DNA of 64,000 nucleotides from Bigelowiella natans CCMP2755 (Eukaryota > Protista > Cercozoa). The position numbers were made by a program, and so were the translations under genes. Positions 26,821 to 39,353 of the stretch are shown here, piece after piece. The notes under the pieces were generated by a model. The model saw only the letters and a list, made by a program, of their open reading frames with translations, ran no database searches and was not told the origin of the DNA. How positions within the stretch are numbered: position 1 is the first letter of the stretch; each line of letters begins with the position of its first letter. The stretch lies in assembly GCA_000320545.1 (NCBI GenBank), contig ADNK01000501.1, positions 1 through 64,000 of the forward strand. Reading direction: 5' to 3'.

Positions 26821-27995
26821 TTCATTTTCATTCTCATTTCTTCTTCCTCTTCTTCTTCATCATAATTTCTCTCTGTCTCACCTTTAGTAGATTTGGCCCC
26901 GGACTCATCAAGAACGATGTTAATGATGACGACGACGACGAAGTAGGAGCAGTAGATAATATGGATATTCCCCACAGAGAGTTAGAGATCTGCAGATTAT
27001 ATAATATACATTAAGCAACATACCACGCACAGCACATATTATTTTTATACACTATTCGCCGTCTGTCTGTCTGTCTGTCTTAAGCATGGACAAAAAGCAT
27101 TCGTTTAATATTGTTCTTCTCTTGGAGAAGCTACTTCTCTTTCCTGTTGGTCATGATTATTATATTTATGCATCATCTACTACTATTTATTACCATTTGA
27201 GGTCCCATCTGGCTAGCTCCTTGTGCGGTCTATTGAGCAGTAGGTAGTAGCAGCATCACCACCAATCAACACCATTGCCATATCATCATTATCACCACCA
27301 TCATCGGCCATTGGTTATTCAGCACAATATTCTCCCCCCCCCCCTCCTCCCCCCACACAAAGATAAAGAGAGAGAGAGAGAGAAAGAGAGAGATTCTATC
27401 ATTTGCCGTTACCGCATCTAGTACCCATGCAAGCAGGCTGTTCGCTAGCTGGGGGGACGGCTGGACTCTGAGCTTTGCATAGGCCCTAGAAGCATAATCA
27501 TAACAACGACGACGAAGAAGAAGAAGAAGAAGAAGAAGAAGAACATAATGATTATGATTTAATGATGATGGTGATGGTGATAATGATGACAAAAGCTAGT
27601 GAATGCTTTGTCACTCTCTCCTCTTCTTACCAGATTATATTGGAGAGAAACAACGCATCTGGGTTGTTGTTCTTTATCCTCATTTCTCCTTTGCTCTGGA
27701 GCTGGCGCTGATTGTTGTTCTTGTTGTCGGCAGCAGCACGCGAACGAGGAGAAGAAGATGAGAGGACAACATGCTCATTTTCGAACGACATTGAAGATAT
27801 GATGTATCCCTCGATTGCACTAATCGTTGAGGCGCTGAGGAATGATATTCAAATCAGCAAAATGTCGGAGGGAGGAGAGAATGCATACACGTGAGAAGCT
27901 ATGTGTGCTGCCTGCTACTTGTCCTCTCCCCATGTTTCCACAGCATAAAAATGCCCTCTCCAACATAACCATGACCAATAATCATCATCTCGTTG

Positions 27996-28030
<35 letters not shown>

Positions 28031-30544
28031 GGCAGCAGAGGCAGCATCAACACGTACAAGAGACCTTCTTGAATGGGATCAAACTCACTATAAACTCTAT
28101 TATAATCATCACCTAGGCCTCCATCGCAGAGATGCCATACCCCATAGCGTGTTGGATATTTCCTGGGGATGTCGAATCACGGAGGGGGGGATAGAGCCAT
28201 GCTGCTGTCGCCGCCTCTCAGTATGATTGATATCATTCGGACCCGAGTTTCTGTTTCCTCCTACTGCTGCTAGCAACACTAGCTCTCTCACTTTTTCTTC
28301 TATGGCTGCTATTGTTTCTCGCCATTTTGAAGAGGCATTTTGCTGCTCCCCATGAAGTCCAACGTCACTACTGTCGTTATAGTGGCCAACACCATCGTCT
28401 CCCCTTCTTCTTGTCATCGTCGTTATCCTCGCCAAAGCCCATAGGGCGTTTGACAGGGATTGCAGCCGCAAGGGCCTCCTACCCACTTCTGACGGCAAAC
28501 CGCAGCAGCATGAACATGAAGTGGAGGAGTGGGAGAAACGGACAACAAAGAAACGAACGCGATGGATCAAAATGTACACACGAATGGACATGTTAAAAGG
28601 GGACGCGTTAGTAGCGTGTTTACATGTACCGTGGTATATCACGTAACTAGAAGGTAAGAATAGTAATATTAATAATAATAATAATTATAATAATAATAGT
28701 AAGAATATCAACACTGCAACCTGCTTTAGGCTCTTCTTGCATGCTGCTGCTGCCTCCTGGCGCCGTTCTTGTTGCGACTGTCTTCATCATCGTCGTTGTC
28801 GTGGTACTTACGAGCTGCTGTGCAAGATAAAGCAACACGCTTTGGGGCGCCTGACAGTAGTATATGTTTAAAGAAGAAGAAGATGATGAAGAAGAGGGAG
28901 AAGAAGGAAAACCGAGACGTGAGCTTGACGATAAAACAAGGGGAGTCTCATAATTAGAGCATAATTATACACTTAAAAAGGTTAAGATCAAAGTGAGATA
29001 ATGAGTTGTCATTATTTTTTGTCATCATCATGGTAATTATAATAGCCGTCGTCACCCTACCCTAATGTCGAGAGAGGCGAGGGAATGCAAAATGTTGGCG
29101 ACGTGCTGCGGCTCAATATCCTTCAAATCTGCAAGATTTAAGAACAATCACAAATGATGCTTCAGAAAGTCACAAGAAAAAATGATCAGATTGCGAAGAA
29201 AACGCCGTTGATCGCAACAAAGTAAGTTGAAAGCATGGCTGCAGTACTATCATTATAGTCATGATGTTGGTGTTGTCTTGTACATTCATCGATTTCTAGA
29301 TTTGGGAAAGGACAACTACCAAGGATACGCCTGTACGCTGCCTCTAAATAGAGTCGACCCGGTACTCTGTGGAGAGAGGGGCAGGTGAAAGGGAAGAGGG
29401 GGGGGGGGGGGTAGGGAGAAGAATGCAACATTTGCTGAATCTCTCATATAAGACAGACCGGGATATCATCATGCATGTTGATTCATATGCGCAGGTTTGG
29501 TTGACGACATTGCATTGGTTAAAATATTATCAGCTACACACAATATCATCATCACACACAGATCTTCCTCTCCTGCCTCGCTTTACCTTGATAGCTTAGC
29601 AAACGCCCACAGAGAGTTGGAGATACTCTGTGACTCAAACTCACCCATCTGAGAGAATGATGAGAAAGAGAGGATAGATTAGAGGGGGGGGCGGGGGATG
29701 GATGGGGGAGATAACGCAGGTTAGCATGAAGCTGGAACAATCACACGTTGCTTATCTGCTATACTTTTGATGATATAAATTGCAACACTACTACTACGAG
29801 TATTGACCATGTCGGCGGAGAGGGTTTCCAGGTCATCAAGCAAGGACGATGACGACGATGATAAAGAAGAAGGTAAGGATATTCCTCCCCCGTCTTGAGC
29901 TCTCAGCTTAGCCATGGCCCAGAGAATATTGGAAAGATGCTGGGGTTTTATTTGTGGGGTCTTGATCTCACCGTCACAGCCGCTGTCACCATCAGGATTT
30001 ACCTGACTATTGCTCCTATCCGTATTTGACAGTCTGAGCCCTTCCTTTCCCACGACGATTTCTTCACCTTCTCTTCCTTTCCCCCCACCTCCTCCTTCTC
30101 CTCTAATTACACGCGAGATGCGTGCATTTAGCCTGTATAGGAACTCGCTTCGATAAGAGCACCTACGGGTTAGGAGACGACGGTGGTGTCATTGGCCACA
30201 ATATGAAATGGTATGGAGGGGGGCAGGACAAGAAGCACCGATGTATGTATGTGTGTATGTGTGTGTGCGTGTACAATGCCGTAATGTATTTGATTGTCAT
30301 TAGTACATCTACCCGATACGCGCTAGGGAGTAATACGTATTTGCTAGACCCTGCGGAGGGGGACAACGAGAACGTGGTTGGCACAGAAAAGAGAGAAAAA
30401 AAAAATAGATGAGGAGGGCGGGGAGATAATGAAAAGGGGGGAGAAGAAAAGAAGAAATATAACTTAATCTATAACTATAAATGGCTTTGAATCGGTAACA
30501 AATCAGTGCCGCAACGGGCGATAAAGACCAGTTACAAAGACCAG

Positions 30545-30586
<42 letters not shown>

Positions 30587-32330
30587 ATACAAACACACAT
30601 TGCCAAAGTTACAAAGAAAGAGGTGAATTTTCACGACCACCTGTATCTCTATCGAAGGTATATTATCTTCAATATGTTTGCAGATCCACGCTATTGTCTC
30701 CCTCCCATCTCCTCTCCGCCTTACAAGCTGGGGCTGAAAGCAAGGGGGGACAGCATGATCATTCGCTACAGCTCTTGTCATAGATACACCACCGATAATG
30801 ACGATAAAGAAAGAATTTTTTACTAGCTGCTACTCCTACCTCGATCTTGCCTATTCTGTGCAAGACAGTGACCCAGTTTACAGCTAATCAAGTAGGGATG
30901 GAGAGAGGATAATAACAACACCATTTATGTTTAAGACAGCAAAACTCACAAACGCACGAGCACGCATGCATGCAAGCACACAATAAATACTGCAAAGTGC
31001 CTCATCATCATGAATGTAACGTAGGACACTGCTACTGTATCTCACTGTTCATTAACAAACCGGTAAGCTTGTCTTCATTATCTTTGGCGAATGCGAGAAG
31101 ACGTTCCACATCTCTGAATACACGTCGTTATAGACCATGGAAAAAAACCAACGCAACGTTAAGAGAGTTAAAGATGACAGTACGTGATGACTGACTGATG
31201 CATGGTCCCTTTCTCTTCACTCCAAAAAGACATTATTTCCTTTTCACTCAAAAGGTAGCTACTACCATCACCACGGAGTCCTTGCTCGCTAATAATACCT
31301 TGCGTTGGCGATGAACTGGTTGATGCATCTGGGGTTTGGAAAGAATATCTTCCGCCGCCTCCTTTGTCAGTATATTCATCATGTGTGAGTGTGTGCATGC
31401 GTGTATAATGTCTTTGTGATTGAGTTTGTGTGTGTGTGTGTGTATCTCTCGGTTTTTGACAGAATCCAGGAATGGGGGGCAACGCTGTCGACGGCAGCAC
31501 TATCCATGATGGAGCCCCCCTCATAACGTTATTTAAAAGATACTACTTCCGTCTCTCCTCTTTTATTTCACAAATTTGCTAGTCCTCATACAACAACAAA
31601 CAAGCAAACAACTCCTTCAACAACTGGCAATCACTCCTCCCACCTGTACGAGCTCTGGGGGGAGGAAGAGGAGGGCGAAGTTTTCCGTGGTGTGCCACTG
31701 TATTCTACTTCCTCACGTCCTTGTCCCCTTCTCTTTCCTACTGGTGTCGTTTTTTGCTGTGGTGACAACGATCGTTGCTGCATCTGCTGGTCCTGCTGCC
31801 GTGAACTTGTGAGGGAGACTTCAGAAGCAGCAGCAGCAGCATCACCAGGCGGCATCATGGCAGAAGAAGTTTCCTCTACTTGACAACTGACGCGTAATTT
31901 CGCTCGCATATTACCAGTTGGAGAACAAGGATGCTTACTCTAAAATATGACACAGTATAAATGAACGAAGAACACAGCAACTCTTTCCGCCTAACAATCG
32001 GTGATATAACGTGTGTCATACAACACGGCACCTGTTGTTGTTGCCTCCTCGTTAATGCTACGACTTCGTACATAGGAGTTGCTACGGTGGGATGTAAACA
32101 TCCTAATGCAACATCACAGCGCCGCCCCCACCAACGCCGCTGCTGCATAGAGAGGAGTACGTGATGACGAGTGTCGTGCTGATACCGACACCGTTGCTTC
32201 GTAGATGATGCCCGGACGTCTATTTATAATTTTATTTAAACAAATATTATTTGTATGAAAAAGGGAGGATCAACGACGCTATCGTACCTGAAAGAAGCGC
32301 TAGGACTACAGCGGGTAGCATCCTCCTGGA
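21930..32330 (-). CDS. Very long multi-exon helical-repeat protein with OPR/FAST-RAP-like repeats, probably organellar RNA-binding; boundaries approximate
   Basis: Repeated motif in separate exons: KPQHLSNILWAMAKL, EPQHVANILHSLASL, HPQEISNTLWGMASLRWRP, LQSLSNALWALARI, LSNIVWALSRWG, PTIINTMWSFAR. I could not confidently read a C-terminal RAP domain. Confidence 0.62.
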
Positions 32331-32816
32331 CAACAACGAAAAATCACAGCTTGAGTGTGGTGTGTGTGTGTGTGTGTGTGTTTGGGAGAGGGAAGATGGA
32401 TTTGTAATGGCGTGCACGGTGGAATTTTGTTGCGCAAATAATGTGGGTTCTCAAACCAGTGCATGGATTGGCGGGATGATTGCTTATGCATCATTTACGC
32501 CAATTGGAGCGCTTCACGTCCGAACCACCGCTCAAATGTGTGTTTCAAGGCCCATCTTGATCAAAACTGGGAAGAATTTGAGTTTTCTATCCCAACTGAG
32601 ATAATAAATCACAATAGTTGTGACATACTAATTACTGTAACACAGTCGAACGAATAGGAGAAATAAAATTTATTAAATTTCTTGACCGTTCAGCACGCAC
32701 GCAGGCAGGCAGGCAGGCAGGCAGAGTGTTCAAATAACATAATCTAGGGGATGATACTATAAATTCGAATCGAAAACATTCACAATATAACTGCAACAAC
32801 AAATTACACGACAGAA

Positions 32817-33700
32817 ATGACGATGGAGCATGCAAGCGCCTCAACATCACAATTAATCTCTTTTCTGTCGCTTCTATTTCCATCACAGTATCTTCGTTAT
32901 CAACCAAATAGGCTATCCATTGTCAGTAAAACAATTATCTCTTTGCAATGGATTAACATGCAATTCAACTTCGGCCCACCTCAAAAGGATTTAATGTTGT
33001 CGATCTGCCGACGGTGGGGGGTGGGGTCCAAAGATAGGGTAGGCGGTTTTTATAATGAGCGACAACATTCGAAGGATCATGAAAATAGAAAATGGCATGA
33101 ATTGTTGTCCAACACCCATGCTTTTACGGAAGAATTTGCAAAGTAAAAGAGTGTGGTGCAAATCTTCCCAATATTTTTTCGGATTATACAAAATTTTTCA
33201 GCTTTTCACTTGCGACCAACAGTTCCCTTGTCGCAATCGACGATTTCAAATCACCCTTGCAGTTGCAGAGCAAATAGGGATTCATTAATTGTCCTAGATT
33301 TTGTGCCTGCGACATATATTTGCATTGTCGTAGGATTACATTTTGATGGAGATGCTCCTGTGCATACTCCAATCAAAGGTCTGTGATCAACGCACTTTAC
33401 TGGCAGCCCAGGCGCTTAAAAAGGCTACTTAGTACGGCTAAGCTGGGTTTCAGCCAATGGAATATGTTTTCATACATATGATGCCCTAATGGGAAAGAAG
33501 AATTGGATAGACCGAGAAGAACACGGTGGCCGCAACAAATCTAGGCCAAGCTGAAAGAAGCCATGCATCAGGATGGAAAACATTTAGAAAGACTTTATAC
33601 AATAAATTACGATCCATACAGATATAAATGAACTTATAAAGGATTTACTGAATGGCCTGTACATTTAATGACCATTAGGTGTGTGTGGCAAAATGTGAGC
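32817..33700 (+). CDS. Possible small hypothetical spliced gene
   Basis: A 109-aa ORF plus several clean GT...AG segments on the + strand; frame continuity not established. Confidence 0.2.
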
Positions 33701-33949
33701 CATACGTGTGTAAATTACTGAATGCCAAAACTAGACAAAAATAACATGGTAGCGTAGTTCGTGGAACTGTGTGTACAGAAGACACATGCAAGAGTAGCAA
33801 GGCAAATAGGTTCAAAATATGCCTCCTCTTGATATATTCCTCTTTTCTATTACCTCCTCCTCAATAATTGCCTCCTAACGACCTGTCTCAATAAATGTAT
33901 AAGGGTAGAAACATATGCATGAAGAAACGAATGACGATGAACGTTCTGT

Positions 33950-34400
33950 TTTTTATGTCTATTGTCTAGATTGTGCTCTGCCTACATCTATGTAGACCTT
34001 CGCTCCCTTTTACGCAATGTATGGTGCACAAAGTCTGTTGCACAGCATTGCACAGCTACATTGGGATGACCATTGCAAAAATGTAATAATTGTTATTTTA
34101 TCACATCCATCTTATAAATCTGTCTGTGTTTGCAGTGTGCATAAATGCAAGACATCGCAGACATGCCTAGATGCGTGCGTACATCTCTAGATCTAGCTAG
34201 CAAGTTAGCTCAGACATGCGTCATTCAGGCAGGCACAAATGACAATGTTGCAAAATGCATCTCTAGATCTGCGCATTCTAGCAGGGCTAAAAACATCAAT
34301 GCTGGTCGTTGTCTTGCATTGCAATGCCATCCTCAACTTCATTTGCTTTCACATGCTTTCAACGCACTCACCAAAATGCACATGAACATGATCAAGGTCG
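33950..34400. repeat. CTAG/TGCA-rich tract with a solo arm of the fold-back family at 34045-34113
   Basis: gcattgcacagctacattgggatgaccattgcaaaa matches the arm consensus of the elements at 20731-21585. Confidence 0.7.
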
Positions 34401-34488
34401 TTCGAACAGCGAGATGTGCTTTGTTGATTGATCAATTTAGTTGCATTCATCATCATCTTCATCTTCTTGATCATCATCGTCTTCAAAA

Positions 34489-35232
34489 TCATCTTCTAAA
34501 CCCAATCATTTGCATTTCTCCAGACCCACCACGTAGTCGCAGAACGAGATGCAATGTGTTCTCCTTCTCAACTCCGTAGTCACTAAGAGCCCGACCATCT
34601 TGCAGCTCCTTACCAGCAAACACAAGTCGCTGCTGATCAGGAGGTATGCCCTCTTTGTCTTGTATCTTCTGCTTCACCGTGTTGATGGTGTCGCCTGCTT
34701 TCACATCTAGAGTGATGGTCCGTCCAACCAGCGTCTTTACGAATATTTGCATTTCTCCAGACCCACCACGTAGTCGCAGAACGAGATGCAATGTGTTCTC
34801 CTTCTCAACTCCGTAGTCACTAAGAGCCCGACCATCTTGCAGCTCCTTACCAGCAAACACAAGTCGCTGCTGATCAGGAGGTATGCCCTCTTTGTCTTGT
34901 ATCTTCTGCTTCACCGTGTTGATGGTGTCGCCTGCTTTCACATCTAGAGTGATGGTCCGTCCAACCAGCGTCTTTACGAATATTTGCATTTCTCCAGACC
35001 CACCACGTAGTCGCAGAACGAGATGCAATGTGTTCTCCTTCTCAACTCCGTAGTCACTAAGAGCCCGACCATCTTGCAGCTCCTTACCAGCAAACACAAG
35101 TCGCTGCTGATCAGGAGGTATGCCCTCTTTGTCTTGTATCTTCTGCTTCACCGTGTTGATGGTGTCGCCTGCTTTCACATCTAGAGTGATGGTCCGTCCA
35201 ACCAGCGTCTTTACGAAAATCTGCATCGACAT
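34489..35232 (-). CDS. Intronless divergent polyubiquitin: MS + 3 x (76-aa ubiquitin variant + SGE) + MQMIGFRR
   Basis: Three 237-bp units (Met codons at 35226, 34989 and 34752; a partial fourth at 34515), each ending LRLRGG. First ATG at 35232; the ORF-track start at 35367 is TTG. Confidence 0.92.
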   Translation of the reverse strand: MSMQIFVKTLVGRTITLDVKAGDTINTVKQKIQDKEGIPPDQQRLVFAGKELQDGRALSDYGVEKENTLHLVLRLRGGSGEMQIFVKTLVGRTITLDVKAGDTINTVKQKIQDKEGIPPDQQRLVFAGKELQDGRALSDYGVEKENTLHLVLRLRGGSGEMQIFVKTLVGRTITLDVKAGDTINTVKQKIQDKEGIPPDQQRLVFAGKELQDGRALSDYGVEKENTLHLVLRLRGGSGEMQMIGFRR

Positions 35233-35768
35233 TGTTTCCAGCTTTCTTTTCCTTCTTTCTTTGTTTTCTTTGTTTCCTTTGTTTGTTCTATTGAGTTGTG
35301 GAGCCTGTTTCCTTTTATTGTCCTGTTTGCTCGCCGCCGCTGTAGTCTTGAGTTCGGCCAAAGCCAATCAGATCTCTCCCTCTCCTGTCGGCTGGCTTTC
35401 CAGATAGAAAGATCCACGATTCTTCGTAACGGGTAAACACAAACGATTTGTCGTTGTGCGACAATGATTATTCCTTGTCGCTAATACGACTATTTTGATC
35501 CCATTTTCCCTTTCATACGTACGACACAGAATCACCTCTGCATCAGAAACGGATTGCCCTTGCCTCCAGCGTCACATTCTCCCTGCCAATCACCATCGCG
35601 CATTTGTCCCAAGGTGAATTGATGTCTGCGACAAGAATTGGAGGAAAACATTGTCGTAGGCTGAAAATTGCACATCGCCGACTACCATTCGAATGGATTA
35701 TTTCAAATCTTCAACTGACAGACGGCACGGGCAGAACTGAGGGGAGCTGCGTCCCATTTCCGATACAA

Positions 35769-36556
35769 TGTCAATGCTCATTTCTGCTCTGTGTGTGATG
35801 CTTCCGCCCCCGCACAGAGCGGCCCCATTCTCTGGTAGCCGAACTTGTGTGCAACAGTAAATTGGGGCGAAGTCTTGCATAATGTTGATCGCTTTCTGTA
35901 GGTAATAGGAGGCCTAGCTACGGCTTTTGCACCAACCTCACGGGAACCGAGTAGAAACAACATTAATAACAAAGTCGTGTGGCCGTTGGAAAAAAACGCA
36001 AGGCTACAATGGTCTAGATGGAATGGTGATCGCGCCTCGGCGATACCGCGGCGCAGCAGGTGCCTGTTTCAGAAAGCATACGGATCATATTACGGAAATA
36101 GATCTTTCACGTCAATTTACCAATCGCAGAGATATATTCACAACCGCACTCGAACACACGCCATGCAATATGTGCCCCACTCCCTAAGCAGGCTCAGCCT
36201 TGTTCGGAGTGCAATTCGGGCAAACCAGCCAGAAGATATGTAAAAATCTTAAAACACCAAAACTAGGAAGAACCAAAATAATGCGCAATTTACATAGTAG
36301 TGAAACGAACCAAGTACAAAACTGAGTCTTTGTACGCGAGGACTGCTACATTAGAATGCCTTTATAATGCGCCGTGCTGCTAAGTGGTTTCGGATATCAC
36401 CTGGATTTTATGGCTCAATAGCTCTACTTGCCTACAGCTTATACACACAGCAGCCAACCACACATACTATTCAATAATCTTCAGATACATACTCATCCGT
36501 GGTCTCGGTAAGAAGGGAAAATAAACGCATATGACGCACACATATATACATATACG

Positions 36557-36613
<57 letters not shown>

Positions 36614-37100
36614 AAGGGAGAGTGAGAGAGAATAACGAAGAGCTACTGTCCCATTAAATAGTTCTGATTTTCTCGTGCTGCCCTATCCATCTTATGAATA
36701 ATATTGGCAAGGAGGACAGCCAGAAGATCTTTCATATCTAAAACAGTGTCTTGAGAAGAGAGATCCTGCCGCGATCGTCCATCTTACACGCTGCAATTCC
36801 GGCTTTCGAGACGTTTGATGGCGTCCAAGAAGGTAAAGGTGGAGGAGCAAGGAAAAGAGGGAAATAGGAAGAAAGAATTTGTGATTGGAGATGGATGTCT
36901 AACCCTTCAAAACGTCTTTGAATGTAGGCTCTTCTTCTTCCCACATGCGCATTTTTAATTCTTTTAACCCTCTTCTGCTCTACTCATATCCACCTTCTAT
37001 TTCTTGATCGATTCATATTCATGCCTCCTCCGATTCGCCTTCTCCATATCTCTCTCTCTTTCTCTTTGTCGGATCCACAATGTAGGAGGTTCGAGATTAG
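35769..37100 (+). CDS. Possible hypothetical spliced gene, perhaps organelle-targeted
   Basis: Hydrophobic MSMLISALCVML start, a long R/S-rich open exon at about 35902-36239 (GLATAFAPTSREPS...) and later GT-AG exons. Phases could not be reconciled. Confidence 0.2.
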
Positions 37101-37229
37101 CCACAGTAGAGATACGACTGATCGTCCAGAGGAACCCTTCTCTATAGCTACTGCGATTTACAACCGCCAGCCATGACAACCACTTTCAATTAATTTAAGG
37201 CGAATGGTTTGAACTCTATAACCCCGGTG

Positions 37230-37760
37230 CTACATCTCCACATAGCGCACTGTAATATGCTGCACTGCTAGACTGTCTTGATCCAGGCTTCTTATTGAAG
37301 CTTCAATCCCAGATAAGATTTGGTATGCGCTATCTAGCTATGCACCTCGCTAGCTCGTGTGTGTTGTCATGGCGACTGATCGATGCTAGCCAAAGCTAAA
37401 AGCTAATATGATGCATTATACATAGCCGCATGCAATGTCCAGCCAGCTAGCCAGCTAACAGCTATACACTAGCTGTATGTGTGCTCTAGTATTACATGCA
37501 GAGCATCACACCATACAACGAGTCTAGGAGCATTCTATATCCCACAACAGCCAGAGACTGTGGCCGAATTTATGCAGGTACTGGGCGATGCCGCGAATTA
37601 GCTAGTGCAACAACAATGCTGCTATCTATGCGATGCTCTAGCTAGCATCTACAATCTAGATATTTTAAGATATTAGCCACTCAGTAGTACAGCCAATTGC
37701 CTTCGATAAAACGACTTACGCTACCACAGTGTTATAATAAAGCATGACTGCGCACGTATA
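37230..37760. repeat. CTAG/CATG-rich tract
   Basis: gctagc, agctagccagcta and gcatgca words, downstream of the UNC119 stop. Confidence 0.65.
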
Positions 37761-37883
37761 TAACAGTAAATGACCGGCGACATTTAATAATGACGATTTT
37801 CATGCTCAATTCTGCTAAATGGCAGTGCATTCAGGGTTATACAAGATATTGGAGTCTCAATGGTGAAGTTTAAATATATGAAT

Positions 37884-38797
37884 CTAATCTTCATAATAGG
37901 TATACTTTGCCTTGTTGTGCATAACAAGTTTACCTTCGACGAAATAGAAGCTATCGGATTCACTTGGGTATTTATTGGATACAATTTCATCAACTGTAAA
38001 AAAATAATAATTAGCATATTGCTCCAACCAATTCTGAAAGCTCTTACTTAAATCCTTCTTCATAGCCGGTAGATCATACATTGCTTCCCAGTTGTTTGTA
38101 CTGTTGGGCATGCAGAAATCTACTTTGAATTCCCAGCTCTTGATAAGCTCGCCCTTAAAGTAATGACGCTCGACCATTACAAAGTTTGGGACGGGTTTTT
38201 CACCAACCTTGAATTTCAATCTAATTAAGATAAAACATATTTAATTAGGATGACCCCAATGATTGGTACAGAATGATTGGGACACTTACGAAGTTGCAAT
38301 TGTTTTGCACTCGACAAACGAGCGAGGGAATTTGTATTCGATCATTCGAAGTTTGTCCATATCAAATCCCTTGGGCAGTTCTGGAGGATTCTCCGGTTTT
38401 TGAACATTGAAAATGACTTTGTCACTTGTATGATCTCGGATTGTAAATGCTTGGAAGTCTATACCGTAGGTATTTGCGCTCATTGGGCACATAAATCCTA
38501 AGAACAAAATGTTCGCACAGAGATGCAAAACAAAAATGTAAATTGATTTTATTCACAGGAAAAATGAGGTTTCGTAATTTAACCCAGAAAACGTTTAATG
38601 GGCAAAATAAGATTACTACGCGTCATTTTCGTAAACAGTTCAAATTATGTGTTGGAAGGTGATATGATCATTGCGACGACTGCGATAGACTAGGAGTAAT
38701 TTTGCATAATTCTCAGACCTTTGGAGGCAGACTTCATCTTCAGGGCTTCATCTATTGAGAACTTTTCCCATTCACCATAGTCCTTGGTTTCCGCCAT
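37884..38797 (-). CDS. UNC119: UNC119 / PDE-delta family lipid-modified cargo carrier (4 exons)
   Basis: MAETKDYGEWEKF...GFMCPMSANTYGIDFQAFTIRD...FKVGEKPVPNFVMVERHYFKGELIKSWEFKVDFCMPNSTNNWEAMYDLP...SDSFYFVEGKLVMHNKAKYTY. Confidence 0.92.
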
Positions 38798-39353
38798 TTT
38801 GACTAGTCAACGAATGATCAACTCTGGGGGTGGTGAGATTTCCTCGCAACTGAACGACGCACAAAAAACGGTAACGAAATTGATCTACGACAACATCTGC
38901 AATATGTCGTTTGTGACAAGTTTTGTGCAATTTCGTACTCCTTTTGGATGGGCGATACACTTTGAGAATTAAGAAATATGTGCATTATGTGGCATGTCGT
39001 AGTCAAATAAAGCCAATGTTAGCTCGGAGAAAAGCCGTTGCTCTAAACAGACGAAATCTCCTTTTACCTCTGTAGGCGACAACATATATTGGGTATCTTA
39101 GGAGTATTCTGCTATCGTCGAGGATGACTCAGAGACTCTCAGAAAATAATCCTGCTGACCTCAGACGACGTGCATTGGGTTCATCTCAAGATTATTGCAT
39201 CACTTTCAAACTATGTACAGAATGTGCTGTAATAATATGTGGCGACAATATATAAATGTAAAGTATCAGTGTAAATGAAAAATACTTTCATCCTCGCCGT
39301 CAATTGCGTCCGCTCACGCTCCTGAAAAGACCCCCACAACATAAACCTCACAA

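Noticed and set aside
34437-34515. Ubiquitin-ribosomal protein P1 fusion
   Set aside because: The acidic tail is short and lacks the P1 body and the terminal MGFGLFD motif.
34513-35226. 237-bp tandem repeats as a CRISPR array or satellite
   Set aside because: No spacers, and the units encode in-frame ubiquitin monomers.
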